Origin: Utricularia gibba
Taxonomy: Eukaryota > Plantae > Magnoliophyta
Length of the DNA stretch: 64,000 nucleotides
Assembly: GCA_002189035.1 (NCBI GenBank)
Contig: NEEC01000010.1
Span: 2,914,001-2,978,000 of the forward strand
Direction of reading: 5' to 3'
Under the pieces are notes generated by a model, which made no database searches, had not been told where the DNA came from, and saw only the letters and a program-made list of their open reading frames with translations. Position 1 is the stretch's first letter. Every line of letters begins with the position of its first letter. Positions 28,373-42,138 of the stretch are shown one piece after another. The translations under genes were made by a program, and so were the position numbers.

Positions 28373-28637
28373 TTCCGCACTTCGAACGGAAATCAGCAGT
28401 AGCGCGCGCGCAATCGAACTGCTACCACTACAGCAAGGGTTTCTTCCACCACGATAAACCCACAGCAAAATAAAAATAAAAAAACATATATATATATAAT
28501 TATATTGACATTTAAAATAAAAAATTCTTTTATTTATTTCCAATCTATTTACAAAGAAATAATCAAATAATTTCCGATCCCGACAAAAAGGCGCCTTGAT
28601 TACGAGCTAATCATCCCGTAATCATATAATTAGTGAA

Positions 28638-30244
28638 TTAATCACTGTGATTACGAGTCTTCGCCATCTTGTACAAATTTGCATTGGATCCTTTCAGTCG
28701 CTTCGCTCTCTCCTCTGAGAGTAATTTTGCAAACCTACAGCAGCACTTGTGCACAGTTAATATGTGCAAATTGCCGTCTCAACTTTCACTAATGGAGATG
28801 CTGATTACCCGGCAAGAGCTTCTTCGTTTGTGCCGTGATCTTCAGCCGGTTCAGACACATTGGTCTTCATGTTCATCACAGAAACTGGCTTTTTCAGTAG
28901 ATTTTTCCCAATGTCTACCAACTTTTTCAGATTTGAAGGGGTTGCAAGGTCAACAGATGCCTCCCCACCTCTTAGATTGTCCTCCTGCGATTCAAGATTC
29001 ATGCTATGTTAAGCTGTTCTTCAGTAACTTGTTTTGTTATGGGGTTTCAAGCTCTGGAGAAGGGACTCACTTGAATTCGGAGATAATTTTGCTGCGAATG
29101 AAAGGCCTCGAAGACTACAGACATATGAAGATCAACAAGGTCTGCACTTGCTTGACTGAAGACATCGAAGATGGGGAGCAGCCATTTTAGAACACCCCAT
29201 TTCGATGCTTTCTCTGCGCTCAAATGTTTTGCTTGTTTCGCAGAGCCTGTGCCGATGGAGATCACGAGGAATCTGGTCATCTCCATAGGCTTGACAGGGA
29301 AGAAATCTGGATTTGATTCCAACAGCTGCTTCATCACTTGGTTGATTGCTATCAAGGCCTAAAGGAAAAGGATGTTCAGAATGAGCTTCTGATGAAGATG
29401 GCGGCAATACCCATCGACTTACCGGATTATTTGCAGCGACCCCGCCATCGATGAGATGGAAGTGATGCAGGTTGCCACCATGATCTTGAGTTTTGAAGTA
29501 ATGCGCCGGTAGGAATGTTGGTGCTGCAGATGTGGCTATGCATATGTCTGCTAAGTGGGCATCAACACTGGGATCTCTTTTCACCTGCAATATTTTAGCA
29601 TATAAATCCCTAACAACAGTTCGTCGAGAAATCCAGAAACCGAACCTCAAAGGAGGAGAAGATCGTTGGCTGCAACGTTTGGATATCAAATGTCGGAATC
29701 ACGACATTAGTTACAGTCTCGTGAAGCCGAGTATTGCCAAGAATTTCCCTCACGATTTTGTGAAGGTACTTTCCATCGTACTTGGGACCAAGTAATGACT
29801 TGAGGAAGCCGAAACATCTACATGAAGTCAAGCATACAATAAGTAGCTTACAGAAAACGAACAGGGGACATTGATTATATATACTCACCCTTGCTGAGGA
29901 AAGATCTTGGGGCAATGCTGAAGATAAAAGGGCATGATATCCTTCGCAGCATAGAGAGGGCGGTTGTTCTCATCAGGGGCAGTCAGCATCGCCGCAATCA
30001 GACCGCCGGTGCTTGTCCCCGATATCACGTCGAAGTAATCCGCTAGCCTCGCATCCTTCCCGTCAAGCTCCTGGGAACAACCGGTTAGTTCGTATCTTCT
30101 TACAACACTAAGTAGTATGTCTTTTGGTACCTGAAGTTGGTGTTCGAGGAATTCGAGGATCGTCGCCGGAATGATGCCGCGAATGCCACCTCCGTCGATG
30201 CTCAGAATCGTGACGAGTCTTGTCTTTGAGGCACTGCTTACCAT
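28638..30244 (-). CDS. Patatin-like phospholipase A (pPLAII group)
   Basis: [10 protein letters not shown], catalytic [13 protein letters not shown], catalytic [14 protein letters not shown] and YLRIQ; 7 exons; TAA at 28640-28638. Confidence 0.93.
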
Positions 30245-30863
30245 AAGTTTGATGATCGGAAGTTCGCTTATCGGGCTTTTAGGATCGTTCGCTGTTGCAT
30301 GAGGCGGCGGAGCTGCGTGTTATATAGATTCTAGATTTCCTTGCTATTCGTTCTAAAGTTTCCTTATTTCTGTCGTCTGCAGTTTCCATTCTTGAGTTTT
30401 GGATAAGCTTAGTGACGCATTAACCGTACGAGCGTCCTTGTTAGAAACGTCTTCCTGGTAATGATCAAGTTTCGATTACATGGATAATGCAAGAAACAAC
30501 AAAGCTTTCCCTTTTTAGAGGATCCCCAGGCCTGTTTTGGAATCCTGAATCTTGTTTTACAATGAAACAGAAGTGAATGTGGATTTTTGATCCTGTGGGG
30601 GCAAAACAAAGTGGTCCGGTTAGCCGATAAATGCAGAAGATGTCTTGAAACGCGGCGAAGAATCTCCAGGTCCACTCCGCCATTGTCGTCATCTGGGCTA
30701 CTCTTCTAACCTCAATTATGCGCATGGTCCACCATGTCTGATTCGTTAGAGATTGGACCATCTTCTTTCAGTATGGAAAAATTTCCGTATTACAGAGAAG
30801 AATTCAACTGTGTGGTTTCCTTACAATGGGCAAAACAGAGTAAAATTTTGTGGGTTTCTCTGC

Positions 30864-32789
30864 TTACTGCTCTTCAAATGTATCGTCTTCCTGTCTCGTC
30901 GTCTGCCCGCTGCTATGGCTGCGCTCTGCGTTCGGCCTTCTACCTCCTCGGCGCTCCTGCAATTGTGTGATGGAAAGAATGGTGATGCAATGTAGCTGGA
31001 GTTGGAAGAAGAAGGACGAGCATAGAGAGAGATTCACTTCACGGAAAGGATAGTCATCGGCTTCCAGCATGTGTACGACGTGCCCCATTTTGGGGCGTTT
31101 TTGAGCGTTCGGATCGACGCATCGGAGGGCGACTAAAAGGGTGCGCTTAAGTGATCTCGACGAAGGCTTCTCCGGTAGGTTGGGGTCGAGGACTCCCTCG
31201 GAGTTCCGGCTGGACACCATTGTTTTAAGCCAGTCCACCAGGTTCACCTGCCATGGTTCGATCAGTTGAATCTAGTTCAGATTCTGCTATTTGAAGGGCA
31301 AAGGCCACATACCTCCCCGGAGGGACGGCCGTAATCCACCGGATTCCTGCCGGAAATGATCTCCATTATAAGAATTCCGAAACTATACACATCGCTCCTT
31401 TCGTTTAACATGCCAGTACTGGCGTATTCCGGCGCAACGTAGCTAACACAAGACAGCATAAACACATTCCCTTTCTCAGTGTTCAGACAAAATAAAGACT
31501 GAATTTTGTAGCTGAAATCAGCAAAGCTTGTTACCCAAAAGTTCCCATAACTCGTGTGGTGATGTAACTCCTTTCCGAGCCAATCAGCTTCGCCAGTCCG
31601 AAGTCGGATACCTTGGCATTCCAGTTTCTGTCCACTAGAATGTTGCTGGATTTGATATCACGATGAACAACTTTCGGTTCAAGACATTCATGGAGATAAG
31701 TTAACCTGAAAAGTTCCATCCAACTCATTAATGGCAAATCACATAAATGAAATCCAAAGGCATGGTTTACTTCACTCTACCCCTTCGCAGTTCCAAGAAT
31801 GATGTTCATCCGAATCTCCCAAGTGAGAGGACTATGAGTGCCTACATCCCCATGAAGCCATTGCTCTAAGTTCCCATTGTTCACATACTCGTAAACAAGC
31901 ATTCTGACAAGCAAAAAGATGAAAAATCTGAGGAGAATTCAAGTGAAAAGTGAGTATTTTGATGCTTGATGCCCGAATCTCACCTGTGGGCTCCTTCAGC
32001 ACAGTATCCAAGTAATCTAACCAAATTCTTGTGACGAACACGCCCTATAGCTTCAACTTCCACCTTGAACTCTCGTTCAGCCTGACCCCTGATCAGAAAG
32101 CACCAACATTTGGAAGAAGAATGAGCATTAAACTGATGGATCAATTGAGAAGAATGTAAATCAGATTACCTGTTGTTAAGCAAATTCTTGACAGCAACAC
32201 TGGTGTTATCTTTCATTATCCCTCTGTAAACAATCCCATATCCACCTTCACCAATCACATTCTGATCGTCAAAGCCGTTGGTTGCTTCTTCAAGCTCACG
32301 GAGAGTGTACCAATGGCCCCATCCCAAATGGGAAACCTCCGGCCCAGCCATTGCCATCCCCGGATCACCCCCTGAACGAGACTCGCCACTCACATGAGCC
32401 GAACCGGAACCCGACCCAGAACGAATGGGCTCCGGGTAGGTTATCCTATGCCCTTTCCCGATCTCAATGTGGATTCTGTGGTCGGCCGGATCTTGCTCCG
32501 GGAGTTGGTCGCAAACAGACGGCGGAAGGAGCAGAGTCTCCGGTTTCCTCGTAGGGATCTCGAGGATTTCCCTAGAGACATTTGGGATAGCAGAGGCTTT
32601 TCGAGTCAATGAAAGAGAGGTCTTCTGATTCTTTCTTGAGGTGAACCAGAGGGAAATGAGGAAGAGAAACAAGACAATACCGGCACCCACTCCGATTCCA
32701 AGAACAACCCACAACCGCAACCCAAAAATAGAGGTCCTCCTGGAGAGCTCATCGTTGAGAAGCCCCGTTTTATCATTATCAGGAGGCAT
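30864..32789 (-). CDS. Receptor-like Ser/Thr kinase with N-terminal TM and no ectodomain (At1g01540/At4g34500-like)
   Basis: [45 protein letters not shown] and APE, all read on the minus strand in 7 exons; TAA at 30866-30864. Confidence 0.93.
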
Positions 32790-33290
32790 GATTCTCCCTC
32801 CCTCCCTCCTCCTCCTCCTCCTCTTTCACTCAACTCAACTCTCTCCCCGGCATACAACACTCCAGAGCGCGCACGCAGTTAGAAAAAGAGTTGACATGTA
32901 AACAGAAGCAAAGCATCAAGACAGCAGCATGAAACTTTCACACCATCACCCGGTGGCCCCCTTGATCCAAGCTGTAGCGATGGGACCTTGCACACAGCAC
33001 ATTTCTCCCCCAACTGCTCTTACTTCCCTCACAAAATCTCCATCTTTCCTCCTCCCTTTTTCTCCCCAACTCCACCCAAAACCCAATCAATCCATTGCGA
33101 GCCGTCCAATTCCAACTGCGGAAGGTTTTACTTCCTTAACACAGAAACTACATTTTCTGGCCAATAGAATGCCGAAACGTGGAAATTCTCAACTCAACGA
33201 ATGGGACCCACCCACCAACATCGTCGGCTTCCTTTTATGACATCGTAGTCCCAGTCCCCGATCTCCATTTAATGGCACCCGTCGGTGATG

Positions 33291-33332
33291 TGGTTAACTA
33301 TGGTTAACTGCGGTGGTTAACTATGGTTAACA
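33291..33332. repeat. Short tandem repeat with four TGGTTAAC copies
   Basis: tggttaacta tggttaactg cgg tggttaacta tggttaac: a 23-bp unit duplicated, each unit holding two copies of the motif. Confidence 0.85.
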
Positions 33333-33868
33333 CGATTAATCTTGATCGTCCAATTGATTTTTTTAAATATTAAATAATTCAAACCATTCGAATATCGGTA
33401 ATTGAATATATAAAGTTGCAATATATTTCATAATTTAAAGAACAATAGATAATTATTTATTTATTCAATATCTCAAAATAATTATATAATATATGAAGTA
33501 TTTAAATTATTTAAATTATTTTTAACACACAAAATATTTACTGATAATTAGCTAATGATAAAGCCCAAAACCGCATGGGCCTCCTATCACAAATAGCCCA
33601 GGATAATTATGTGGGGCCCAGGGGTAGGTTTTATATTCGTTTCTATGCCTCGACAAACCGGAGGGAGGAAAATGTAATTACTGAATTTGTCCCCCTACTG
33701 CAGTGACTGCAATAAGAGGAAGCTGAGGGGCCAAAAATATAATAAACCAAAGTCGGGTTCCCGAAATAATTTAAAGTACATTAGTTCAAAAAAAAAAAGA
33801 AAAAATCGAAGAATGAGCGCCGGGAATTCTCCAGCTGTCCAGCAAGTCCCTCCCCTGCACTTGTCGTT

Positions 33869-36258
33869 TTATGTTTTGAGGCCTGTCGTTTTGCAAATGG
33901 GGCATACATTCTTGTGCATGAGCCACTGCTTGATACACCCTGTGTGGAAGTCGTGGCCACAGTCCAGTTCTCCGACGTCTTCTCCGGCGACATAATCCTC
34001 CTGCATCGGACATCATTGAGTATCAGGAGGTAAAGACTGCGTACATGTATTGGTATCATAGTTCGATGCAGGGAAGAAAGGAGGGTTTCTTACTCTACAA
34101 ATGCAGCAGGGCTCTTGCTCTGCCTCGTGGACTAAATTTATGATCTCTACGTATTTTCGATTCTTGAGGTGTTTGGCTATGGCTTCTTCGCTCAGTCCGG
34201 TGCACACGTTTCCGATACGCTCCTCGAGGGCCAACAGTTCCTGAGGGGAAGCGAGGGTTTCGTCAGAATCTGAGAGAATTTAGTTGAGATCGATCAATTT
34301 ACCTCATATGACATGTTGTCAACATCCATTCGCATGTCGCGATGTCGATCATGAAGATCAGCCATGCCCAGAAGGACCGACTGATCGAGGATCATCATAT
34401 CCTAAGACAAATGCGGGGGGAAAGGAAACACAGTGGAAAAGTAAGAAACTAAGCTTTTCCATGCAGGAGAAAGGAAGGAACGATGAAATGAACCTCGAAT
34501 CTCAAGCTCTCTCCTCGTCGCATGAGGTTGAGAACATGGCGAATCTGCAAGATGGAATTGAAGGGAAGTAAATGTGAGACGATGAGACAGAGTTGCAAAC
34601 TGAGGCATAGAATAGAATAGGAGGATCGGTTACCTCAGACACTATGCTTCTTCTTCCTTCGACAGTGGGGGTAAATGTTCTCATAGGCAAAGGCACGCCA
34701 AGAACACCGCTGCTGAGATGCCTCTCCAACCGTGCTGCTGCTGAGCTCGAGGCACGGCGGCCAGGACGATCAGGTACAGATGGCATGGGTGCTACGCCTT
34801 GAGGAGCAGAGGAGTTGGCTTGCAATGCATGATTGCTGCTACTGCTCGCAGCTCGGGTTCCAGCACCAGCTGAATACAACATTGATCTTCTCAAATCAGA
34901 TAGTCTATGGTGATTTCGGGAACCACTGCGAAGTGACAAACCAGAGGATGAAACTGGTGAAGCTGCACTAGGGCCAGCCCTGGAAGTTGATCCAAGATTG
35001 CCTCCAAGGTGGAGATTTCCGCTGGCTGCTGAGCTCCAGCCAACTGTTTGCTCAGAGAAATTCTGTATCCCATCAGCAGGAAGAAACATGGGATGCAGCA
35101 TAGGTCTGGGGCATTTCTTGATGCAATTTCCGTTTGCACATCAGCATTTCTACCTCCTGAACCAGAGGAGCTGCTGACCGTCCTCCTGCTCGCTACTGCT
35201 GCTGCCCACCTTGATTGCTGATTGCCAAGCGATGGAGAAGGATGCAAAACGGACTGCCCATGATGGCTCCCATTTCCCAATCTGGGAGCCTGACCCATAT
35301 CAAACAAACAGTTTTGAAGAGCTAATCTGGAAGAATGTTCTGAGGACGATTCCATATTTCTGGTGCCAACCCCTGTTAAAAACTGATTGTCAGTTCCATG
35401 ATCTTGCAGAAGAAAATGATTGACGTTGAGGTTTAAGTTCCTCCTTGAGCTTTCTGCGCGTTCTGATGCAGTAAAAAATGAGGAATTGGCAGGAACAGCT
35501 CCTCCAATCCTAATCCTTGAATCTGCGTTTTCAGCCTCATTGCTCAAGATAACTCCATCACTTCCAGTTGGAAGTGGAAAACCGATGTCACTCTCAGTAA
35601 CCGGAGGAAACTGCCATTGACTTCTTTCGGTCCTTTTAGAGTAATCAGAGCGTCTGGAGGAATGATCCACACTACCTTCACTTGATTTCCTTTTATGCGG
35701 CATGCGCTGCGAATCCAATGAACAGCCAGAGATCAAGTTAGGAAGATCAGAAGGTCTATGGCCAAGATCAGATGACACCATCGTTCTTGATGCAACAGGA
35801 TTCTCCTCAACATCTTCAACTCCAGCACTCGTATTAAGATCCTGTGTAAGGGCTTCAGAGCTAGAAGCCTGCAAAAACAAGAATCCATTCCTCTGACTGC
35901 TACCTGAACTCAAGTCAGAAACATCTAGCAGAGGAACTCTAGACAGCTCAGTGTGCTGCTCTTGCTCTTGATATCTCCTCTCTGAGCAAGAATTTCTCCA
36001 CCCAATCTCCAGCTTTCCTTCATCTGAGACACCTGAATATCGTGCAGCTGCGGAGCTTGATTCACCTAAGCACCACTCGGCAGTTCTTCCACCATGTGTA
36101 ACCGGTGGCCCCCAGTAATCCGATTTCCGGTTTTGCGGAGGAGCTTGCAAACTCTCCCATGGCATTTGACACTCCATTGCTGCATCGTTCGGCATTGAAC
36201 CATTCTCTGGGTGAAGGTTCTTGGCCAAGGTGTCAACCAGGCCCTTTTGTTTTTGCAT
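33869..36258 (-). CDS. RING-H2 E3 ubiquitin ligase (MBR1/2, RHG1a-like)
   Basis: C-terminal DRHRDMRMDVDNMSYEELLALEERIG followed by CCIC...CGHDFHTGC...WL...CPIC. Long low-complexity N-terminus with a -1 frameshift near 35103-35112 (offset between the two ORFs is 1157 nt). Confidence 0.9.
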
Positions 36259-37933
36259 TTGGGCACCTGCGAGTACCTCATGTGTAAGTGAAAAGAAGAA
36301 TAGAAATCAGAATCAGCACTTTTTTGATCCCAGACAGATGCTAAAGCATCAAGTCCGAAGGCATATTTTGGCCATTCCCTCTCAGAAAACTACCTAAACA
36401 TGAAAGCAGCTTGGAACTGAATAAAAACCTCAAGAAAAAATGGAACTTTTTCAAAATTTTATCAACTCAGACTGCAACACACATCCCACAAACACGTAAT
36501 GACAATCTAACTCTTCCCTTTCAAAATCAGACTTCACCCACCCAAAAAAAACGTCGAGCTCGAATACAGCACACCACACAGAATCTATCGAGGAATCACA
36601 AACACCAACCCAGTTTTCTGATTTACTTTTTGGGGAAAACCCCACAGGAGAAAGATCATCGAAAGGCGAAAACTTGAACACAAAAAACAGAGAAACACGA
36701 AGGTCGCCTGCGAAATCTAATATCGTTAACGAATTAGATCCGGGGTAAAGAACAGCTGATACACGCTTAGATCTACAGCCAAACAGAAACACACCCACAA
36801 TCCTTCCCAGCAAAAAAAACACAAATCCCGCACAGTGAAACCAGAAAAACAAAAGATTCAAAATTTCAAAGGATGATCAGAAACAGGTAGCCACACAAGA
36901 ACCCACCTCTCTTTTCCTCCGTCAAACAAGAGATAGGCAGGCGATGAAGGAAACCTAAAAGAGAAGAGAAAACCCCTCTACAATAAAGAAGATGTAGAGA
37001 GAGAAAGAGGGAAATCCAATAAAGAAATGAAAAGATGAGATGAATGAAATTGGTGGGGGGGTGGGTACATGACTATGAACACTTGGTAACCGAGACGAAT
37101 GCCGCAATAACGACAGAAAAATTTCCCCCCTTACAAATCACTACAAATTCTCTCCTTTTTTTTAAAAAAAAAAATTCCATCATCTCTTTGAAAAAACAAA
37201 AACAGACAATATTTTCAAGTATGAACGGGGGGGCCAAAAAGCAATTTCTATGAATGATAGGGTTAAAAATTAATCGTTGTCCAATTGCGGTGATAATTTT
37301 ATTAAAACCTTTATTGATATTTAAGAACATTACGTCAACTATAACTAGGAATATTTGAAAAATAAGTTAAAACATTTTCAAAATATATAATAAAAATGTG
37401 TCCATTTCGGGTCGGGTTTGGTCTGAAATCGGATTCTAAATGGAGGGTGTCCAGAGGGACAGGCCTCGAAGGCTTCGGATCACCTTTCGCTTTCGCACAC
37501 AGATTCCGACTCCGCCCAGAATTCGTTCAGAATGGGAGTTGCAGCATTTACTTATACTTTCTAATTTCAATAAATAAGTAAATTAGTTATTTATTTATTT
37601 TCTGTGGATCACCCGACCCGACCCGGGCATTCGGGTCCAAATGAAATGATTCATTCGTTCGCGTTGGGACGCGTGACCTGTACGCCGCTGACGACCCACT
37701 CCAGCACGAAACCTCCTCCGGCGGAGCCGATGCAGCTGCGGCAGACCGGAGGCGGCGAGCTCAGGTGGATCAAATTCCTCCGTGTGTGATTTCGATGATG
37801 CGCGGATGGATTAGAGGGGGGAATCGGAGGTATGGAAGAAATCGTTTGGGAACAAATAATGTGGAGCTCGCAGATTGACCACTCTCGGGGTCACCGGAAG
37901 AGAGAGCACGCGATCACGGGGGGAGAACTCAAC

Positions 37934-40900
37934 TCAGGTCGCCGACGGGGTGTCGTTGATAGACAGCGATGCGAGCTGGTGGGCAGGGCTCCTCCCGCTC
38001 CCGTCCTGCTGAACTGCCCTCAGCACGTCCATGGCCTCGGCAACCTTGGCCTTGAGTGCGTCGGGTGACTCGAGCAGGTGCAAGACCTCGGTCTGATCCA
38101 TCTCCAGGAGCATGCCCGTGACCTTTGCAGCATGCTCGTGCTCCAGCTGATCAACGAGAGGGTACAGGTTCTCACCCAGCATCTGTCCACACGCACAGGG
38201 ATTATCCAAAGGTGAGCATGGGGTTATGAAGGCTCAGTTCAAGTTGGCAATTCTTACAGTTCTCTGCTGCTCCGGAGTTGCATTTGCCAGAGCGGAGGAA
38301 AGAGCAGTGATTGGTAGAGGACGCGGAATAGTTGCATCACGGGGAAGCATTCCACCCATGTCGTACAGCATCCCTCCCGGGACACCAGCAGGCATGGAAG
38401 CGTCAGGGACATTACGGCCAGGCGGATAACCGTACATCTTCCCCCTCGGCAGCATCTGAAGAACCAGCGACATTCATTCAATTGAAAAGGAAAGAGACCA
38501 ACTAGGCAGATTAGATGAGCTTATACTTACCTGCTGCTGGATCAGGTGCATAGGTTGCTGAGACTGTTGCACTGGACCAGGCGTGCCTCTTCGACCACCC
38601 AGGCGCTGTCCCTGCTGACCGGATGGTGCCATTGGGACGAAGAAATTCGGCATGGGAGCACCACCAGGGCGGATTCCAGGAACAAGCTGCTGCTGATATC
38701 CAAATCCGGCCTACAAAAACAATGTAAACAAATATTTGGCATTCAACATCTTCTGGAACAAATTTCAACACATTTGTTGGCAAAAAATACCTGAGGAAGC
38801 AGAGTAGGATGAGCTTGGCCATAGAATAGGTGTGGGCCCATCCCAGCAGCAATGGGAGGATACAACGGCATGCGAGGACCAAGAGATGGAGGAAGGACAA
38901 CAGGTCTCATTTGAGAAAACTGGGCCTGCAATGGCAGAAACAGTTTTTTAGCATTGTAAAGGGAGCACAGAGATGACTCAGAGTAGAATCCTGCTACTGG
39001 GTAGGATCTATCACAACATTGAAGATCCGAGAATTTACCTGCAACCCAGCTCTACGATCATCCTTTCTCTGTGCCAGAGCGACGTAGAGTGGCTTGCTAC
39101 CCACAATTTTTCCATTCATTTCAGAAAGCTAAAACTCAGACCAAAAGCAGTCAACGGAGCTAGTCATCAGACATCAGAAAATGCTACAGAATGTTATAAT
39201 CAACTTACAGCTCGGGAAGCTTCTTCTGGTGTTGAGAAGGCAACAAAACCAGAACCCCTACTAATACCACCAGCATCTCGCATGAGCTGCAAAAACGGAT
39301 GACTATATGGTAAGAACATGCCATATGGAAACAGAGTCCACATACAATTTCTAAAAAGCACAGAGCTAAACCTTGCATGATGTGATTGAACCATACTCAG
39401 AAAATAATTCCTTCAATCGGTTTTCATCGATGCTATCATCTAAATTTTTTATGTATAAATTAACTCCCTGAAACCTGGTAGCAACTTCCTTGGGACCCTG
39501 CTCAAATCTACTTTTCAGTTCTTGCTCCCTCTCTGACTTCTTCAGAGCCTTACCAACATACAATTCCTTGTCACCAATTTTTTTCCCATTCAGGGCATCA
39601 ACTGCCTTGACAGCGTCATCAGCACTTTCAAAATTGACAAATCCGAAGCATTTAGACTTCCCATCTGCTTCCCTCATCACCACACAACTAGTAATGGTTC
39701 CATATTCTCCAAAAATGCTTCTCAGATCATCATCAGTGGTAGAATCAGAGAGATTTTTCACAAAAACATTAGTGAAATTGTTTTTATCTGATGCCCCATC
39801 CCTCTCTTGCTTGCGAAGGAAATGCCCAACATACACTTGCTTATCATTGATCAGCATCCCATTTAACTTATCAATCGCACTTTGTGCCGAGTCCTCATTG
39901 TCAAATTGTACAAAGCCATATCCCCTAGACTGACCATTACTGTCAGTTGCAATCTTGCATGAAAGGATGTTACCAAAGCTTGAAAAGGTGTCATTTAGTG
40001 CCTTGTTATCGATCGTTTTATCCAGATTCTACAAGAAAATCGAAGACATAAGCAATAAAGAGACTTGGAAAGGAAATCTAAGTAAGCTATACCAAAAAAG
40101 TACAGGATACAACAAAGCATGCAAAAATATTTATATATATGTATACAGTCACCTTAATAAAAATATTAGCAGTTCCACTTTTCCGCGCACTGGGATCTCT
40201 GAGAGAATACATAACTCTGATGGACTTATTATTGATCTGCGTGAAGTTCAGCACATCAATGGCTCTCGCCGCTGTAACCGGAAATACCACAGCAAAGAAG
40301 GTTAAACCAAATTCCAGGCAAAGAGATTAAACGTAAATAGCGTTTGCGGCATATGAAAAAGCAGAAGAAAACAAAGCAGACTATGGTTCTGCAGCAGCAG
40401 AATGAGGCAGGGAATGGTTTGACTGATATTAAGAAGAATAATGGACACCTGATCAGTGACCCAGTCCCAAAGGCAATATAAAGAAACAGAAACGGCATTT
40501 GTAGAAGACAAGGAGGGAAATCTCGGTCACAAGACAAGATTTTGTACATCAACACAGGATGCCAATCCATGTTCAGCAACAAGCAAATCCAAAACCCTTC
40601 TAGACTATAAAGAACGTTACAATCCGGAATATTAGTTTTCATCGTCCGAAACACAGATCGATAACTAAACCTTTCATGCAATAGGAAACCCAATGAATTC
40701 CCCTTTTAAGGATCCGACGTAAACACTACGCATAATCTATGAAAGATCGCGATATCTTCAACAGAAAAAATAGCAACTTCTTACCGTCTTGAGAATTAAT
40801 ATAGTTGACATAACCATAGCCAAGGCTGCGACGCGTACTAAAGTCGCGACAAATCCTCACGGACACAACCGGACCAATTTGTTTGAACACCTCAAAGAGC

Positions 40901-41043
40901 TGCGTGTCCGTCACACTGAAATCCAAGTCACCAACATACAATGACGTCGTTCCAAACTGCCCCGTCGCCGCCACTCCAGCGTTACCATTCTGAACAGCCG
41001 GAGTCCCCGTCACACTCTGTTGCTGCACTTGAACCTGCGCCAT
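37934..41043 (-). CDS. PABP: Cytoplasmic poly(A)-binding protein (class II, PAB2/PAB8-like)
   Basis: Four RRMs ([57 protein letters not shown]), a P/M-rich linker and the MLLE domain ([10 protein letters not shown]); 9 exons. Confidence 0.95.
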
Positions 41044-41289
41044 CCCTGCAAGAAATCTTCGAACCCTTCTTCCCCTTTTAGCCGAAACAACCAACCAATA
41101 ATCCCGATGGGGATCCAATGAGATTGAACGTCCAATAAAACAATAAACGAAACTTTTTTTTGATGATTTTTCGAGGTTAAAGATATGCAAATGCAGGATA
41201 ATCAAAGGGAAGAAGCTTTGGGTCTGCGGCAGGGCGGGGAACTGCACCGCAGCCTGAGAAGCCCTCGAATTCGCCCTCTTTATCCTAAC

Positions 41290-41453
41290 AAACCCTAGAC
41301 TCTAGAGGGTGGCGAAATCGCACCCGTCTATTCTCACGCCCAGCCAACGGCTAATGGACACACACGCGTAGTTAACAAATCCAATAATCTAATTCCACGC
41401 TTACACTAAAAATTGGGCCCTGGTCAAGGCCCAACTTTACAACCCAAGCCCAA
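41290..41453. promoter_or_regulatory. PABP promoter: telo-box plus site II elements
   Basis: AAACCCTAG at 41290-41298 and TGGGCC/GGCCCA/AGCCCA motifs at about 41414-41453. This pairing is typical of translation-machinery gene promoters in plants. Confidence 0.6.
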
Positions 41454-41532
41454 ATCTCACTCTTCTTTTTTCGAAATAGAAAATAATTATTAGGATACAT
41501 TTGAAATCAACCCCAAAATACAATTAAGGAAT

Positions 41533-41647
41533 ACGCCAAAAGTAAGAAAAACTTCATTTTTTTTTTTTTTTTTTGAACATCTCAACGTCAAAAAAAACTT
41601 CATTTTTTTTTGAACATTCCAACGCCAAAAAAATCTTCACTTTTTTT
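41533..41647. repeat. About 2.5 copies of a degenerate A/T-tract tandem repeat
   Basis: acg(c/t)caaaa..aacttcat(t)n-gaacat unit repeated with variable T-run length. Confidence 0.7.
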
Positions 41648-42138
41648 GTGCTATTGAATCAAGAATCATTCATAGAATAAGTTAAATTCGATAGAATCAC
41701 AAACCAATATCATTCAAAGAATAAACAGCGACAAGAAATGAATGCATTTGCATTTGGCAATAGAATCGATTCTTACAGCCACTGAAGTCTAAAAAAGTTC
41801 CACCAGCAAACCAGAACACAGAAACAAGCCAAGAAAAAGAAAAGAGCAGAATACAATCCCATGGTGACGTTTCTTACTTTTGTCACTCTTTTGCTGCATG
41901 AAAAAGTCACAAACAGAGTTGAGATCTTTTCATTTTCTTCTCGAAGCTAAGAGAGAGCATGTTACATCTTTGAAACCAAGAGATCCAAAATAATCCAGCT
42001 TTAAAAATCGTTAATACCAGCAAAGGTGATCATGACATATGGAAGAACAAATATGGTGGCATCCATGAGGGAGATGAAGAATTCCTAGGCTAAGATAGGA
42101 CAGATACCCAACTGGGATGGATGCCTTTCCTGCATCGA

